Shown here in pieces: positions 45,805-54,056 of a DNA stretch of 54,056 nucleotides; position 1 is the first letter of the stretch, and each line of letters opens with the position of its first letter. The notes beneath the pieces are model-generated. The model was not told where the DNA came from, searched no databases, and saw only the letters and a list, made by a program, of their open reading frames with translations. The translations under genes and the position numbers were made by a program. This DNA comes from Pseudomonadota bacterium (GTDB taxonomy: Bacteria; Myxococcota_A; UBA9042; GCA-2863065), in the NCBI GenBank assembly GCA_002863065.1, contig PKDL01000412.1, forward strand, positions 1-54,056. Reading direction: 5' to 3'.

Positions 45805-47229
45805 ATGAAAGCACTCATCGTCAACCCATACACGGAAACTGATCGTACCGCGGGAAAGTTCAAAGGCTTTCTCGAAGCTATGCCACCCATCAGCGTGGCG
45901 TATGTGGCTGCGGCTCTGGAACAAGCTGGTGTGCCGGTTGCTTGCTATGACGATTTTCTGGAGGGCGGTAGCCTGACGCGGTTTGAAGAGACCATCCGTC
46001 GCGAAAAACCAGATGTCATAGGGTTTTCGACATTCACTCCCACTGCTCCTGGCGTAAGCCGCATTGCACAGTTTTGTCGGTCACGTTTTCCCGATATCAA
46101 ATTGATGCAGGGTGGTGTGCATGCAACTGTTTATGGCGAACGCCTGCTACAGAGCGGTGAGACGGATTTCATCGTCCACAATGAGGGGGAAGTTACAACC
46201 GTCGAGCTGATGAAGTGCTTGGCGAATGGTGGCAACCTAGGCGACGTACAAGGTATCTCGTGGCTGTCCGACGGTGAAGTCGTACACAACCCGGCGCGTC
46301 CGATGATCAAGGACCTCGATACCATCCCATTTCCAGCATGGCATCTGCTTCCATGGGAACGATACCGGCTCTTCAACTTCGCACGGGTGACCGACCCCGC
46401 TACTTTGGTTCTTGGGAGCAGAGGCTGCCCCTACCGTTGTAACTTTTGCTCGCTCACCGTGATGGGGCATCAGCGGCGGAAACGCTCGATAAAGAACCTG
46501 GTAGATGAATGTGAGTACATGTGGGACCGGTACGGCTTCAAACAGATGGCGTATGTGGACCCAATTTTTCCGATTTCACGGAAAGAAGCGATCGCCTTCC
46601 GTGACGAGGTGTGTAAGCGCGGGCTACAGAGACACCAAGTGTGGACTACTGAGACGCGGGTAGATCTCATGGACCGAGAGACGGTCGAGGCAATGTATGA
46701 GAGTGGCTGTCGCCGCGTGATGTTTGGATTCGAAACCGGCGACCAAGAAACACTCGATGCCATCCGGAAAGACTTCAAAATCGCGCAGGCCTACGAGGCA
46801 GTACGTTTGTGTCATAAGGTCGGCATGGGAGTCATTGGCTTCTTTATTATCGGTTCACCGGGTGAGAGTGAGCGGTCCATCAATATGACGATAGATTTTG
46901 CCTGCGACTTGGGTATTGATTTTGCGAAGTTTACGAGCTTCGTACCGTATCCCGGAACCCCCATTTATTACGAGTTTCTGAAGGATGGGACAATTACCGA
47001 CCCTGAAATGTATGACTTCGCGCGATACACCTCGTACCCAACGGATGACAATCCGACGATTTATGTGACGCCTTCGCTCACCCAAGACGATTTGAAGCGA
47101 TTGCAAAAGAAAGCCTTCCGAAAGTTCTACCTCCGCCCGGAGATGGTTTACCGGCACCTCTTCAAGATAAAGGCCCTAAATGTGAATGACATGGTGAACG
47201 GCCTGCGTCTCGTGTTTGCAAAGGATTAG
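45805..47229 (+). CDS. Cobalamin-binding radical SAM protein (2)
   Basis: PPISVAYVAA, GGVHAT, VHNEGE, GSRGCPYRCNFC, GFETG, FIIGSPGE, PYPGTPIY. Confidence 0.92.
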   Translation: MKALIVNPYTETDRTAGKFKGFLEAMPPISVAYVAAALEQAGVPVACYDDFLEGGSLTRFEETIRREKPDVIGFSTFTPTAPGVSRIAQFCRSRFPDIKLMQGGVHATVYGERLLQSGETDFIVHNEGEVTTVELMKCLANGGNLGDVQGISWLSDGEVVHNPARPMIKDLDTIPFPAWHLLPWERYRLFNFARVTDPATLVLGSRGCPYRCNFCSLTVMGHQRRKRSIKNLVDECEYMWDRYGFKQMAYVDPIFPISRKEAIAFRDEVCKRGLQRHQVWTTETRVDLMDRETVEAMYESGCRRVMFGFETGDQETLDAIRKDFKIAQAYEAVRLCHKVGMGVIGFFIIGSPGESERSINMTIDFACDLGIDFAKFTSFVPYPGTPIYYEFLKDGTITDPEMYDFARYTSYPTDDNPTIYVTPSLTQDDLKRLQKKAFRKFYLRPEMVYRHLFKIKALNVNDMVNGLRLVFAKD

Positions 47230-47264
47230 GATCTGCATCTTACTTAGCATCGGCTCCAAATACC

Positions 47265-47798
47265 GTGATATCCGCACCCATCGCCCTGCTCTTCCTCATC
47301 GCTCCACCCTCGTGCAGCTTGTTCGAGGGTACTGAGCATCTGCGTGGCCAGCCGCCGCTGACACTGGCCGGACTTATTGCGACGGCTCAGGACCCAAGCG
47401 CATATCGGCTCAGGAGCGCCGACTTAGACGTTAGCGCGCAGTCCTTTGGCCGCCCACTACTCATGTCGCTTACTTGGCAGCGTCCAGGAAAGCCAGCACC
47501 CGCAACAATGACCTGTACACAAAAGCGCGGTGGAACAAGCCAACTATCCCAATCTGCACCAGCCATTCTTTGCACTACTCGTGAGCAGCAGCATGTTGTA
47601 GGGACTGGACATGTACGATTCCATGACAGGAAGACGGCAACCGATTGGACAGTCCAAGCCACACAGACAGAGTTGCGTATGGCGGTCACGGGCCCCGAGG
47701 TGGGCTTCATTGCGGCTTGGAGAGAGAGACCGCCTGCACACTTTGTCCCATTATGGCTTGAATTCGGCACCCATGCGGTCCTCTGCTTGGTACTCTAG
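47265..47798 (+). CDS. Hypothetical protein (possible signal peptide/lipoprotein)
   Basis: Co-oriented ORF filling the gap; its stop overlaps the next start (TAGTG); hydrophobic N-terminus with Cys17. Confidence 0.55.
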   Translation: MISAPIALLFLIAPPSCSLFEGTEHLRGQPPLTLAGLIATAQDPSAYRLRSADLDVSAQSFGRPLLMSLTWQRPGKPAPATMTCTQKRGGTSQLSQSAPAILCTTREQQHVVGTGHVRFHDRKTATDWTVQATQTELRMAVTGPEVGFIAAWRERPPAHFVPLWLEFGTHAVLCLVL

Positions 47799-49510
47799 TG
47801 ACTGTGGGAATTGTACTGACCGGCTGCCTTTCGGTGGGATTTCTGTATTTGTGGATGGAGCAAATACGGGACGCCATTCCGGCTGCCTTACCTCGCAGAG
47901 AGTGGGTAGGGCTGGCCGTAATCACGACCTTGGCATGTGTTGCACGCGTTTTCTGGATTGGCCAATCCAGCCTCGAGCATTTGGAAGTGACGTATCTATT
48001 CGAGGCGGTGAAGCCCAGTACGCTACTGGACGTTGTTACTTCACGGCAGGCAGCGGAACAAATGCATCAGCCTCTCTACGCGCTGTTCCTGAGGGGATGG
48101 GCTCAGATCCGTATCGACGAAACATGGCTGCGAATACCTTCTGCAGTATTTTCTGCATGCTGCATTCCGTTGGCCTTTGGCTTAGTTCGACGTGAGTTGG
48201 GCGCGGTTTCAGCCTTACTTTTGGCTGTTTTGACCGCTACCGCACCGCTTTTAGTTTGGTATGGACGAGACGCCTCCCCGTATGCCCTATTGGCAGTATT
48301 ATCACTTTCTGCTGTGGTTTCCGCACGGCGGCTACTCGATGAACCTCACGGATGGTGGCGTGCAGTCCGGACCAGTATTTGGCTCGCACTGGCATTTTAC
48401 ACTCACTTCCTCGGTGCATGGGTTGCCGTTACGGTGGGCGTATGGCTTCTGCTCGCTCGTCGTGGTTTTAGCCGCGAGTTGTGGCGTGTAACTGGTGCTA
48501 CTGCACTGTGTTGTCTCCCTTGGCTTCCTGCCATGCTGATGAAGTTAGACACCTCTGTGAAAGGACTTGCTGAAGACCGCCCGATCATGGGCTACAGCCA
48601 TGAGATTGGAGAAGCGGTATCGGAAGCTCTACGCATGTTGTTTGGAGGAGTCACTCCGCTCTGGCTCGTCGTATTGGGTCTAGTGTTCTTAGGCACATGG
48701 ACTCTGTGGCGCCGGGGAAGTCCCCTGTCATCATTGGCGATAGCTGCGATGGCGATTGGGCTCCTGGCCGAAGCGCATATCACCTGGCAGATTCAGCAGT
48801 CCAAAGGGATTTTGTACGTAGACATACGCCATTATATCTACCTCGTCCCGGTCCTGCTTATGCCCATTGCTGCTATTCCTCGCTATTGGGCCACTGGCCT
48901 AGTCCTAGCGATACAACTATGGGCATCTACCCCGATTGTGATGGAGGAGCTTGAAAAGCCAGATGTACGTACAGCCGTCGAATATATACATAAGTACGCC
49001 GCACAGAGAACAGACTCTGACCGGCATGCTATCGCCTATTTACCTGCCCCATGGTACGAACCGCTTCTTGAATATTACCTCCTTGGAATTTGCGATGACT
49101 TAGGCCATGCACGTCGTCACGAGGGGTGGTGGAATGTAAAAACCTGCGACTTCCACGAGGGTCCGCAACCAGGCACCATCTACGGTTTCTCGCCTACACC
49201 GGAACGCGCATGGGCCTCGCGGCGGCGCCTTCAGCTCAATTATTTATGGGTGGTGAATATTCGTGATCATCGTTTTGGGCTGCCAGTACCCCCGACTGAT
49301 CCTCAGGAGCGCTACCTGTGTTGGACTGCTCGTGAAGACGGTTTGTTGGACAGACGTGCATTTGGTTCCTGGGTCACGGTTTCTCTGTACGATATGGCAA
49401 CACTACGTCAGCTGAAAACACCGCCATCGAACCCCCCGGACTCCTTGGTTCCGCGGGTGGTACGGGCTCATGATGCTTGGCCTCCGCAGTGCCAGGTCTA
49501 CAGTAATTAG
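47798..49510 (+). CDS. GT-C fold (PMT/ArnT, GT39/GT83-like) membrane glycosyltransferase
   Basis: Multi-TM protein with LEVTYL..QMHQPLYALFL..W..ETWLRIPSA and APLLVWYGRDASPYAL..FYTHF, plus a periplasmic C-terminal domain. Confidence 0.8.
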   Translation: MTVGIVLTGCLSVGFLYLWMEQIRDAIPAALPRREWVGLAVITTLACVARVFWIGQSSLEHLEVTYLFEAVKPSTLLDVVTSRQAAEQMHQPLYALFLRGWAQIRIDETWLRIPSAVFSACCIPLAFGLVRRELGAVSALLLAVLTATAPLLVWYGRDASPYALLAVLSLSAVVSARRLLDEPHGWWRAVRTSIWLALAFYTHFLGAWVAVTVGVWLLLARRGFSRELWRVTGATALCCLPWLPAMLMKLDTSVKGLAEDRPIMGYSHEIGEAVSEALRMLFGGVTPLWLVVLGLVFLGTWTLWRRGSPLSSLAIAAMAIGLLAEAHITWQIQQSKGILYVDIRHYIYLVPVLLMPIAAIPRYWATGLVLAIQLWASTPIVMEELEKPDVRTAVEYIHKYAAQRTDSDRHAIAYLPAPWYEPLLEYYLLGICDDLGHARRHEGWWNVKTCDFHEGPQPGTIYGFSPTPERAWASRRRLQLNYLWVVNIRDHRFGLPVPPTDPQERYLCWTAREDGLLDRRAFGSWVTVSLYDMATLRQLKTPPSNPPDSLVPRVVRAHDAWPPQCQVYSN

Positions 49511-49552
49511 TCGTCGACTCTCGCTACAGACCGTTCTGGTTTGGATGCCAGG

Positions 49553-49798
49553 TTACCTCTTTGATTTTGATCCCAGAATCGCATGAGCTAAGCGCAGAGA
49601 CGTGAGGGACCCGAGACCTAGGCCTATCCATTTGGGAGCCCATCCAAGAAGAGGGACAACGCCCAACAGTGAGCCTGCGATAACGAGAGCGATCGGAACA
49701 GCAGCTAGCAATCGTTGGGCTCCTGTACCTTGTCTGAGCGCAAGAATGGGACCCACCAATACGCTCAACCATAATAACGCATGTATTGTGTTCCACAT
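49553..49798 (-). CDS. Small (81 aa) membrane protein
   Basis: ATG behind GGGAGG; three hydrophobic segments and a basic C-terminus. Confidence 0.65.
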   Translation of the reverse strand: MWNTIHALLWLSVLVGPILALRQGTGAQRLLAAVPIALVIAGSLLGVVPLLGWAPKWIGLGLGSLTSLRLAHAILGSKSKR

Positions 49799-49917
49799 GT
49801 GTCCTCCCAATGTTGCGGCGAGTTTCGGTTGGATATTCGTTTTTTGGCTACCCTAACAAGGAATTATTAGAACCATACGTTCCGACAATAGAGAGTGCGA
49901 ATGCAGCGGCCGACACC

Positions 49918-52068
49918 CTAAAATTCGGCAGTCACACTAAGCTGTACATTGAGACCGGGTGCGTCAAAGCCCGAGCCATGTCTCCGATAGAGGCTATCGA
50001 ATACATTGGTGACTGCCAGATCTGTTCGAACGCTGGTTGAAAATCGATAGCCACCGCGTAGATCTGCGACGAGAAATCTCTTTGTACCATCGCATGGTGT
50101 TTGGAGCGTTCCCGAGTGTCGCGATTCTTCACAAATGCGAGCGTCTTTTTGATCTCCCGGAGACAGGGTTGTTTGTGGATTCGCGAATCGAGTACCGAAC
50201 TCAAAATACCACTTGCTTTCAGGCGCAGTGTATCGAACTCGCGCATTTCCAGAGAGTGGGGGGACGCGTCGTCCATTGACCGTAGTGCCATTGGAACCGG
50301 TATACGTATTTGTTATCCATGCGACCCCTCCAGCGACAAGCCATCGCCCAAAGCGGAGAGCCATGTCCCACTCCACTCCATGCGACTCTCCTCGTTCATT
50401 ATTCACGCGATGTGCCACACGCTTATTATCGATGGTGTCTTGACCCTGCCAGCTTGTGGCTTCTGACCCGATTGCATCTGACAGCATGGTGTAAAAATAT
50501 GCCGCTCGCATTTGCAATGGGCCAAGCTCGAGCTTGAACCCTGCTTCGATGGTATCGGTCCGCTCTGGTTCAAGCTCCGGGTTAGGGACCTCGAAGGTGG
50601 AACCAGTGTCACCTAGTACAGTGGTTTCCTGTAGGTTGGGTGCGCGAAATCCTTGTACGTATGTTGCATACATCGTCAGTGTATCTGGCAGTAATAACTC
50701 AAGACCAGCGCTTCCGACGATGCCGTTGAAATCGTATGCTACATCGCCGAGACCTGCTACGTCCGGGGCGAATGCGCTAAAGTAGGAGTACCTGATCCCT
50801 CCGAGGAGACGGAGCTGCACATCTTTCGAGGTGATATCCATCACCAATGCTTCGGCATGGGCATAGATCCCCAACGTAATGTACGTTGAGCCGTCAGAAA
50901 AATTTCCCCGTGTATTGGTTGTCCAGTCGAAGTTCGGTGCGCGGGCGTCCTGTCTATTGGATTGCACCATGTCATAGTAAGTATCGAGTCCAGTGCGGAG
51001 TGATACTCGTTTTTCCCAGACGCTGAGGCCTACCTCCAAGTCCGCACCTACCGTATCGGTGATGTCTTCATTGGCTCTTTTTTTGGTCACGGTGTTGAGA
51101 GATCGTGCTGCACAAGCCGCCCGATCACGAACAGTAGTCCCATTGAGGGTACAATTGAATCGGGAGACGTCTTCAACAAGACGCTGATAGCTCGCCGTGA
51201 TGCGGATGTGGTCAACAATGCCGTTACCCCATTCGAAGCGGGTATAAAGTAAGTGGTCATCATTGTCGTAAAGGCGTGTCTCGCCCATACCCAATCCGTC
51301 TGTTCTGCCGGCATTACGCATCAACATGCCAAAGTAGCCGAGTGAAACTGACCAGCGGTCTGGTGCGTAAAGAAGCTTTGCGCGCCAGTATCCTGCATCA
51401 TAGTCTGAGAGTGGCCAGGAACTTCCGTCGCCTACTCTCAGAGTGCCGAAATGATCAAAGGTACCGCCGAGCAGGAAACCAAAGTCATCGTAGGCACCTG
51501 TAAACATGAGAGTCGACCCGGCCGAGAGGTCGGCGGAAGCAAATCGCCCCCGCACCCGGCCTTGGTACTCGAAATTATCGTCAGCCTCGATAGGGACATC
51601 CGTGAGCATATTGATTACGCCACCGATAGCCCCGTTGCCGTAGAGTACGGACGATGCCCCACGGACTATTTCAATTCGGGATAGTGCATTGGGGTCTATT
51701 AGAGCCAGGTATTGATTGGGTCCCGTGCGATGCGTCGAGCTAGTGAGTCGAACGCCATCGACCAGTAGGAGATTTTGTGGGCCTACAAATCCGCGGATGA
51801 TAGGGGCGCCTGCACCGCGATTGGTTTGCTGCACATGAATACCTGTCTCATAGTCGAGTGCTTCAGGTACCGTTCTCGCTTGGAGTTCTTGTAGCCGTGT
51901 TGCCGATATGATGTTTAGAGAGCGCCCGGTTTCTAATGGGGTCCTCGCCAATCGGTTTGGCGTTACTATTACTGGGGTAAGCGTGTCGGGGTCGTCAGTC
52001 GGCGGAACAGCCCAGCATATGCTGGGACAGCACATCAGCATTATGAAGATTTGCTGTGAACATCGCAC
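49918..52068 (-). CDS. TonB-dependent receptor
   Basis: Signal peptide, TonB box (DTLTPVIVT), plug (IIRG..NLLLVDGVR..RIEIVRGASSVLYGNGAIGGVIN), barrel (QGFRAP, LEPE, NVFD..Y) and C-terminal F. Confidence 0.95.
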   Translation of the reverse strand: MRCSQQIFIMLMCCPSICWAVPPTDDPDTLTPVIVTPNRLARTPLETGRSLNIISATRLQELQARTVPEALDYETGIHVQQTNRGAGAPIIRGFVGPQNLLLVDGVRLTSSTHRTGPNQYLALIDPNALSRIEIVRGASSVLYGNGAIGGVINMLTDVPIEADDNFEYQGRVRGRFASADLSAGSTLMFTGAYDDFGFLLGGTFDHFGTLRVGDGSSWPLSDYDAGYWRAKLLYAPDRWSVSLGYFGMLMRNAGRTDGLGMGETRLYDNDDHLLYTRFEWGNGIVDHIRITASYQRLVEDVSRFNCTLNGTTVRDRAACAARSLNTVTKKRANEDITDTVGADLEVGLSVWEKRVSLRTGLDTYYDMVQSNRQDARAPNFDWTTNTRGNFSDGSTYITLGIYAHAEALVMDITSKDVQLRLLGGIRYSYFSAFAPDVAGLGDVAYDFNGIVGSAGLELLLPDTLTMYATYVQGFRAPNLQETTVLGDTGSTFEVPNPELEPERTDTIEAGFKLELGPLQMRAAYFYTMLSDAIGSEATSWQGQDTIDNKRVAHRVNNERGESHGVEWDMALRFGRWLVAGGVAWITNTYTGSNGTTVNGRRVPPLSGNARVRYTAPESKWYFEFGTRFANPQTTLSPGDQKDARICEESRHSGTLQTPCDGTKRFLVADLRGGYRFSTSVRTDLAVTNVFDSLYRRHGSGFDAPGLNVQLSVTAEF

Positions 52069-52099
52069 TGAACATGACCTCGCTAACTATTCGGGGCAG

Positions 52100-53440
52100 T
52101 TATCGTAGTCGATGCCGCCTTATGTCCCCGCTGCCAGGTGATTTTTGAAGTCGGATGCGCAGACTTTCTGGAGTTGATAGTCCAGGATCGTTACGTTGTG
52201 CTGCGAGTACAAGTGGGAGTGGTACGCCACCGATGGTAGTGTCGACGTCATTCGGCATTGGCTCGACGACGATACGATATTCGCCGTGATCAAACGGTAA
52301 ACCGGGTGCGACGCTGACTTGTTCTACCCGCTCACGCAGACCTTGTTTTTCGAATTCCATCGCACGATGAATGCAATAGGGATTGTTTCCTGGTCGCCCG
52401 AGCAGGCTACTAGAAGTCCAAGTACATCCTCCACGACAAATGTCCGCGTAGTAACAAGTCTGGCAGAAACCCCAGAGGTCGTTCCGAGTACGCTGGCGGA
52501 TGTGATTTATTTCAGGAGCGTGCTCAACCATATCTATGATAGGCCGGTCTAACACGTTGCCGCCCGAGTAGGTTTTGGTGGCTAAAGACGGACAGCCCTT
52601 CAGGGTCCCGTCGGCTTCAATGCCGAGACCCATGGAGCCCGCTGGACACCCGCGCCAATGTGCACCGGTATCACCATGATAACGAAGACGCTCTTCATAA
52701 GGAGAGAAGAACCCAACATTGTTTCCTGGGAACAGGCGGATTCCGTTCGGTTCGAGCTTGTGCTCCTTTATCCAGACCAACAATGGGAAAAGTTCGAGCA
52801 ACTCATACGGCTGCAGGAGCATGTCTGGCCTGTCAGCTGCTCTGCCCATAGCTACCGTGATCTGGACCTGCCAGGCTTTCGAGCCGATCTCTACCATCGT
52901 GTCCGCAACTGCGGGTAGTTCGGGTAATGACAGTCGGTTGACTTGAGTGTTTGTTGCTAGCCGTATCGGGCTTTTAGCGACGCGCTTTGCTGCCTCTACT
53001 GCACTCCGCCACGAACCTTTCACGCCGCGTTGAGCATCGTGCGTCTCCTCTAATCCATCGAGAGAAATGGAGATGGACCGCAGCCCAGCTTTGACAGCTA
53101 AGTCGAGCCTTTCCTGAGTCAGTCCGCGTGCGCCGGTTGTCATGCTGCACGCCATGCCACGGTCTGTAATTCGCTTAGCGATTAGCGGCCAATCATCTCG
53201 TAGGTACGCTTCACCACCAATGATTGTTACTTCGCGGGTACCAGCCTCAGCCAACTGGTCAATGACTCCGTAACACTCCTCGAGTGTCAGTTCTTGTGCC
53301 CTCGGTTTGCCTGCCCGGGATCCACAGGTTTTGCATCCCAGGTCACACTTTAAAGTAAGCTCCCAAACCACATATACGGGAGTCGGTCTCTTAAAGTCCT
53401 GGTCAGTAGGCGTGCGAACGAGATCACGAGTGCCCGCCAT
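52100..53440 (-). CDS. PlpX-like radical SAM/SPASM maturase (splicease family; TIGR04103/TIGR03913-like)
   Basis: VVWELTLKCDLGCKTCGSRAGK..EL, IIGGEAYLRDDW, WQVQITVAMGRAAD, GNNVGFF, and SPASM WRGCPAG..LGIEADGTLKGCPSL..LWGFCQTCYYADICRGGCTWT..GNNPYCIHRA, all characteristic of PlpX-type enzymes. Confidence 0.85.
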   Translation of the reverse strand: MAGTRDLVRTPTDQDFKRPTPVYVVWELTLKCDLGCKTCGSRAGKPRAQELTLEECYGVIDQLAEAGTREVTIIGGEAYLRDDWPLIAKRITDRGMACSMTTGARGLTQERLDLAVKAGLRSISISLDGLEETHDAQRGVKGSWRSAVEAAKRVAKSPIRLATNTQVNRLSLPELPAVADTMVEIGSKAWQVQITVAMGRAADRPDMLLQPYELLELFPLLVWIKEHKLEPNGIRLFPGNNVGFFSPYEERLRYHGDTGAHWRGCPAGSMGLGIEADGTLKGCPSLATKTYSGGNVLDRPIIDMVEHAPEINHIRQRTRNDLWGFCQTCYYADICRGGCTWTSSSLLGRPGNNPYCIHRAMEFEKQGLRERVEQVSVAPGLPFDHGEYRIVVEPMPNDVDTTIGGVPLPLVLAAQRNDPGLSTPESLRIRLQKSPGSGDIRRHRLR

Positions 53441-53445
53441 GTCAG

Positions 53446-54056
53446 TTAGCTCTCCATCGAATCGGTCGCATCGGACGTATCAACCCCAGGTGCGCCATAC
53501 AGAGGTTGGGGTGGAGGCTCGGTGCCATCCGTTGTGTCTATCGAATCCGTCGCGTCTGCGCCGGTATCCGTCGCGTCTGCGCCGGTATCCGTCGCGTCTG
53601 CGCCGGTATCCGTCGCGTCTGTACCGGTATCCGTCGCGTCTGCGCCGGTATCCGTCGCGTCTGTACCGGTATCCTTGCCGTCAGATTCAGTCGCAGCTCC
53701 ATCGCTGCCGTCAGATTCGTCACCTTCATCGATGCCGGGTCCACCGTAATCCATCTCGCTCGCGGATTCGGTGCCTTCTGTGAAGTCTATTCCTTCAGCA
53801 AAGCTTAGTGAGATTTCTTCGTTTGAAACATCACTAATCGTAGCTAATGAAAGCTCACGATTACGCATTGAAAAACGTTGCTGATTCGAAGTTGACCTAC
53901 TTCGTGAAGTTTGCGACGAATTTGTTTCCGAACGTGCGCGACTTCGTGCCGCGTAACGTTCCGGATGCATCGATAAGATACTTCTTGGACTTTGTCCGGA
54001 ATTAGTACTAGAGTATATATTGTTTTGAACGGAAAAATCAATATCTTCAGTTTCAT
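53446..54056 (-). CDS. Acidic repeat protein with DYG and LYG motifs; probable splicease substrate (5' end uncertain or beyond the window)
   Basis: Its stop lies 5 nt before the rSAM start. Encodes SEMDYGGPG..(DTG[A/T]DAT)6..PPPQPLYGAPG. The frame has no stop up to base 54056; internal ATGs at 53970 and 53868. Confidence 0.75.
   Translation of the reverse strand, partial: ETEDIDFSVQNNIYSSTNSGQSPRSILSMHPERYAARSRARSETNSSQTSRSRSTSNQQRFSMRNRELSLATISDVSNEEISLSFAEGIDFTEGTESASEMDYGGPGIDEGDESDGSDGAATESDGKDTGTDATDTGADATDTGTDATDTGADATDTGADATDTGADATDSIDTTDGTEPPPQPLYGAPGVDTSDATDSMES
53545..53674. repeat. 6.2 copies of a 21-bp in-frame tandem repeat
   Basis: ATCCGTCGCGTCTG(CG/TA)CCGGT x6 plus ATCC; encodes DTG(A/T)DAT on the minus strand. 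Confidence 0.97.

Noticed and set aside
53545-53674. CRISPR array
   Set aside because: The units are head-to-tail with no unique spacers, are in frame within a CDS, and there are no cas genes.

Overview
A 54-kb chromosomal window (roughly 55% GC by eye) from a Myxococcota/deltaproteobacteria-like organism. The taxonomy is inferred from a MXAN_5808-type S41 peptidase, a TPR-PEGA protein, a GKAD-motif lipoprotein and a cytoplasmic Ser/Thr kinase. Left to right it contains: an outer-membrane barrel gene (5' partial); a sigma54-type operon encoding a lipoprotein and a secreted transglutaminase-elicitor/P-domain protein; a GbsR/MarR regulator divergent from a menaquinone operon (menF, menD, menA, fused menC-menE, polyprenyl synthase, menG; no menH/menB/menI); two long structured intergenic regions around a lipoprotein-type DUF2237 gene; an M50/PEGA/S41 envelope cluster; an orphan double-AAA ATPase; tRNA-Ile2(CAT), a Zn-ribbon gene, RNase P RNA, valS, proA, rsfS, rlmH, comF, lipB, rho, rpmE2, prfA and rnhB; two cobalamin-dependent radical SAM genes with a GT-C glycosyltransferase; and at the right edge a TonB-dependent receptor, a PlpX-like radical SAM/SPASM 'splicease' and its probable substrate, an acidic heptad-repeat protein with DYG and LYG motifs. 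Best leads: (1) the splicease/repeat-substrate/TBDR locus; (2) a ~320-nt minus-strand structured transcript whose Shine-Dalgarno is a 15-nt perfect complement of the 16S rRNA 3' end, ahead of a sequestered 14-aa ORF; (3) a ~650-nt non-coding region with two predicted pseudoknots; (4) a men operon with a MenC-MenE fusion and a dedicated GbsR-type regulator/operator. No CRISPR array, transposase, integrase or rRNA gene is present. All family calls come from motif recognition, not database searches, and all RNA helices were found by eye.
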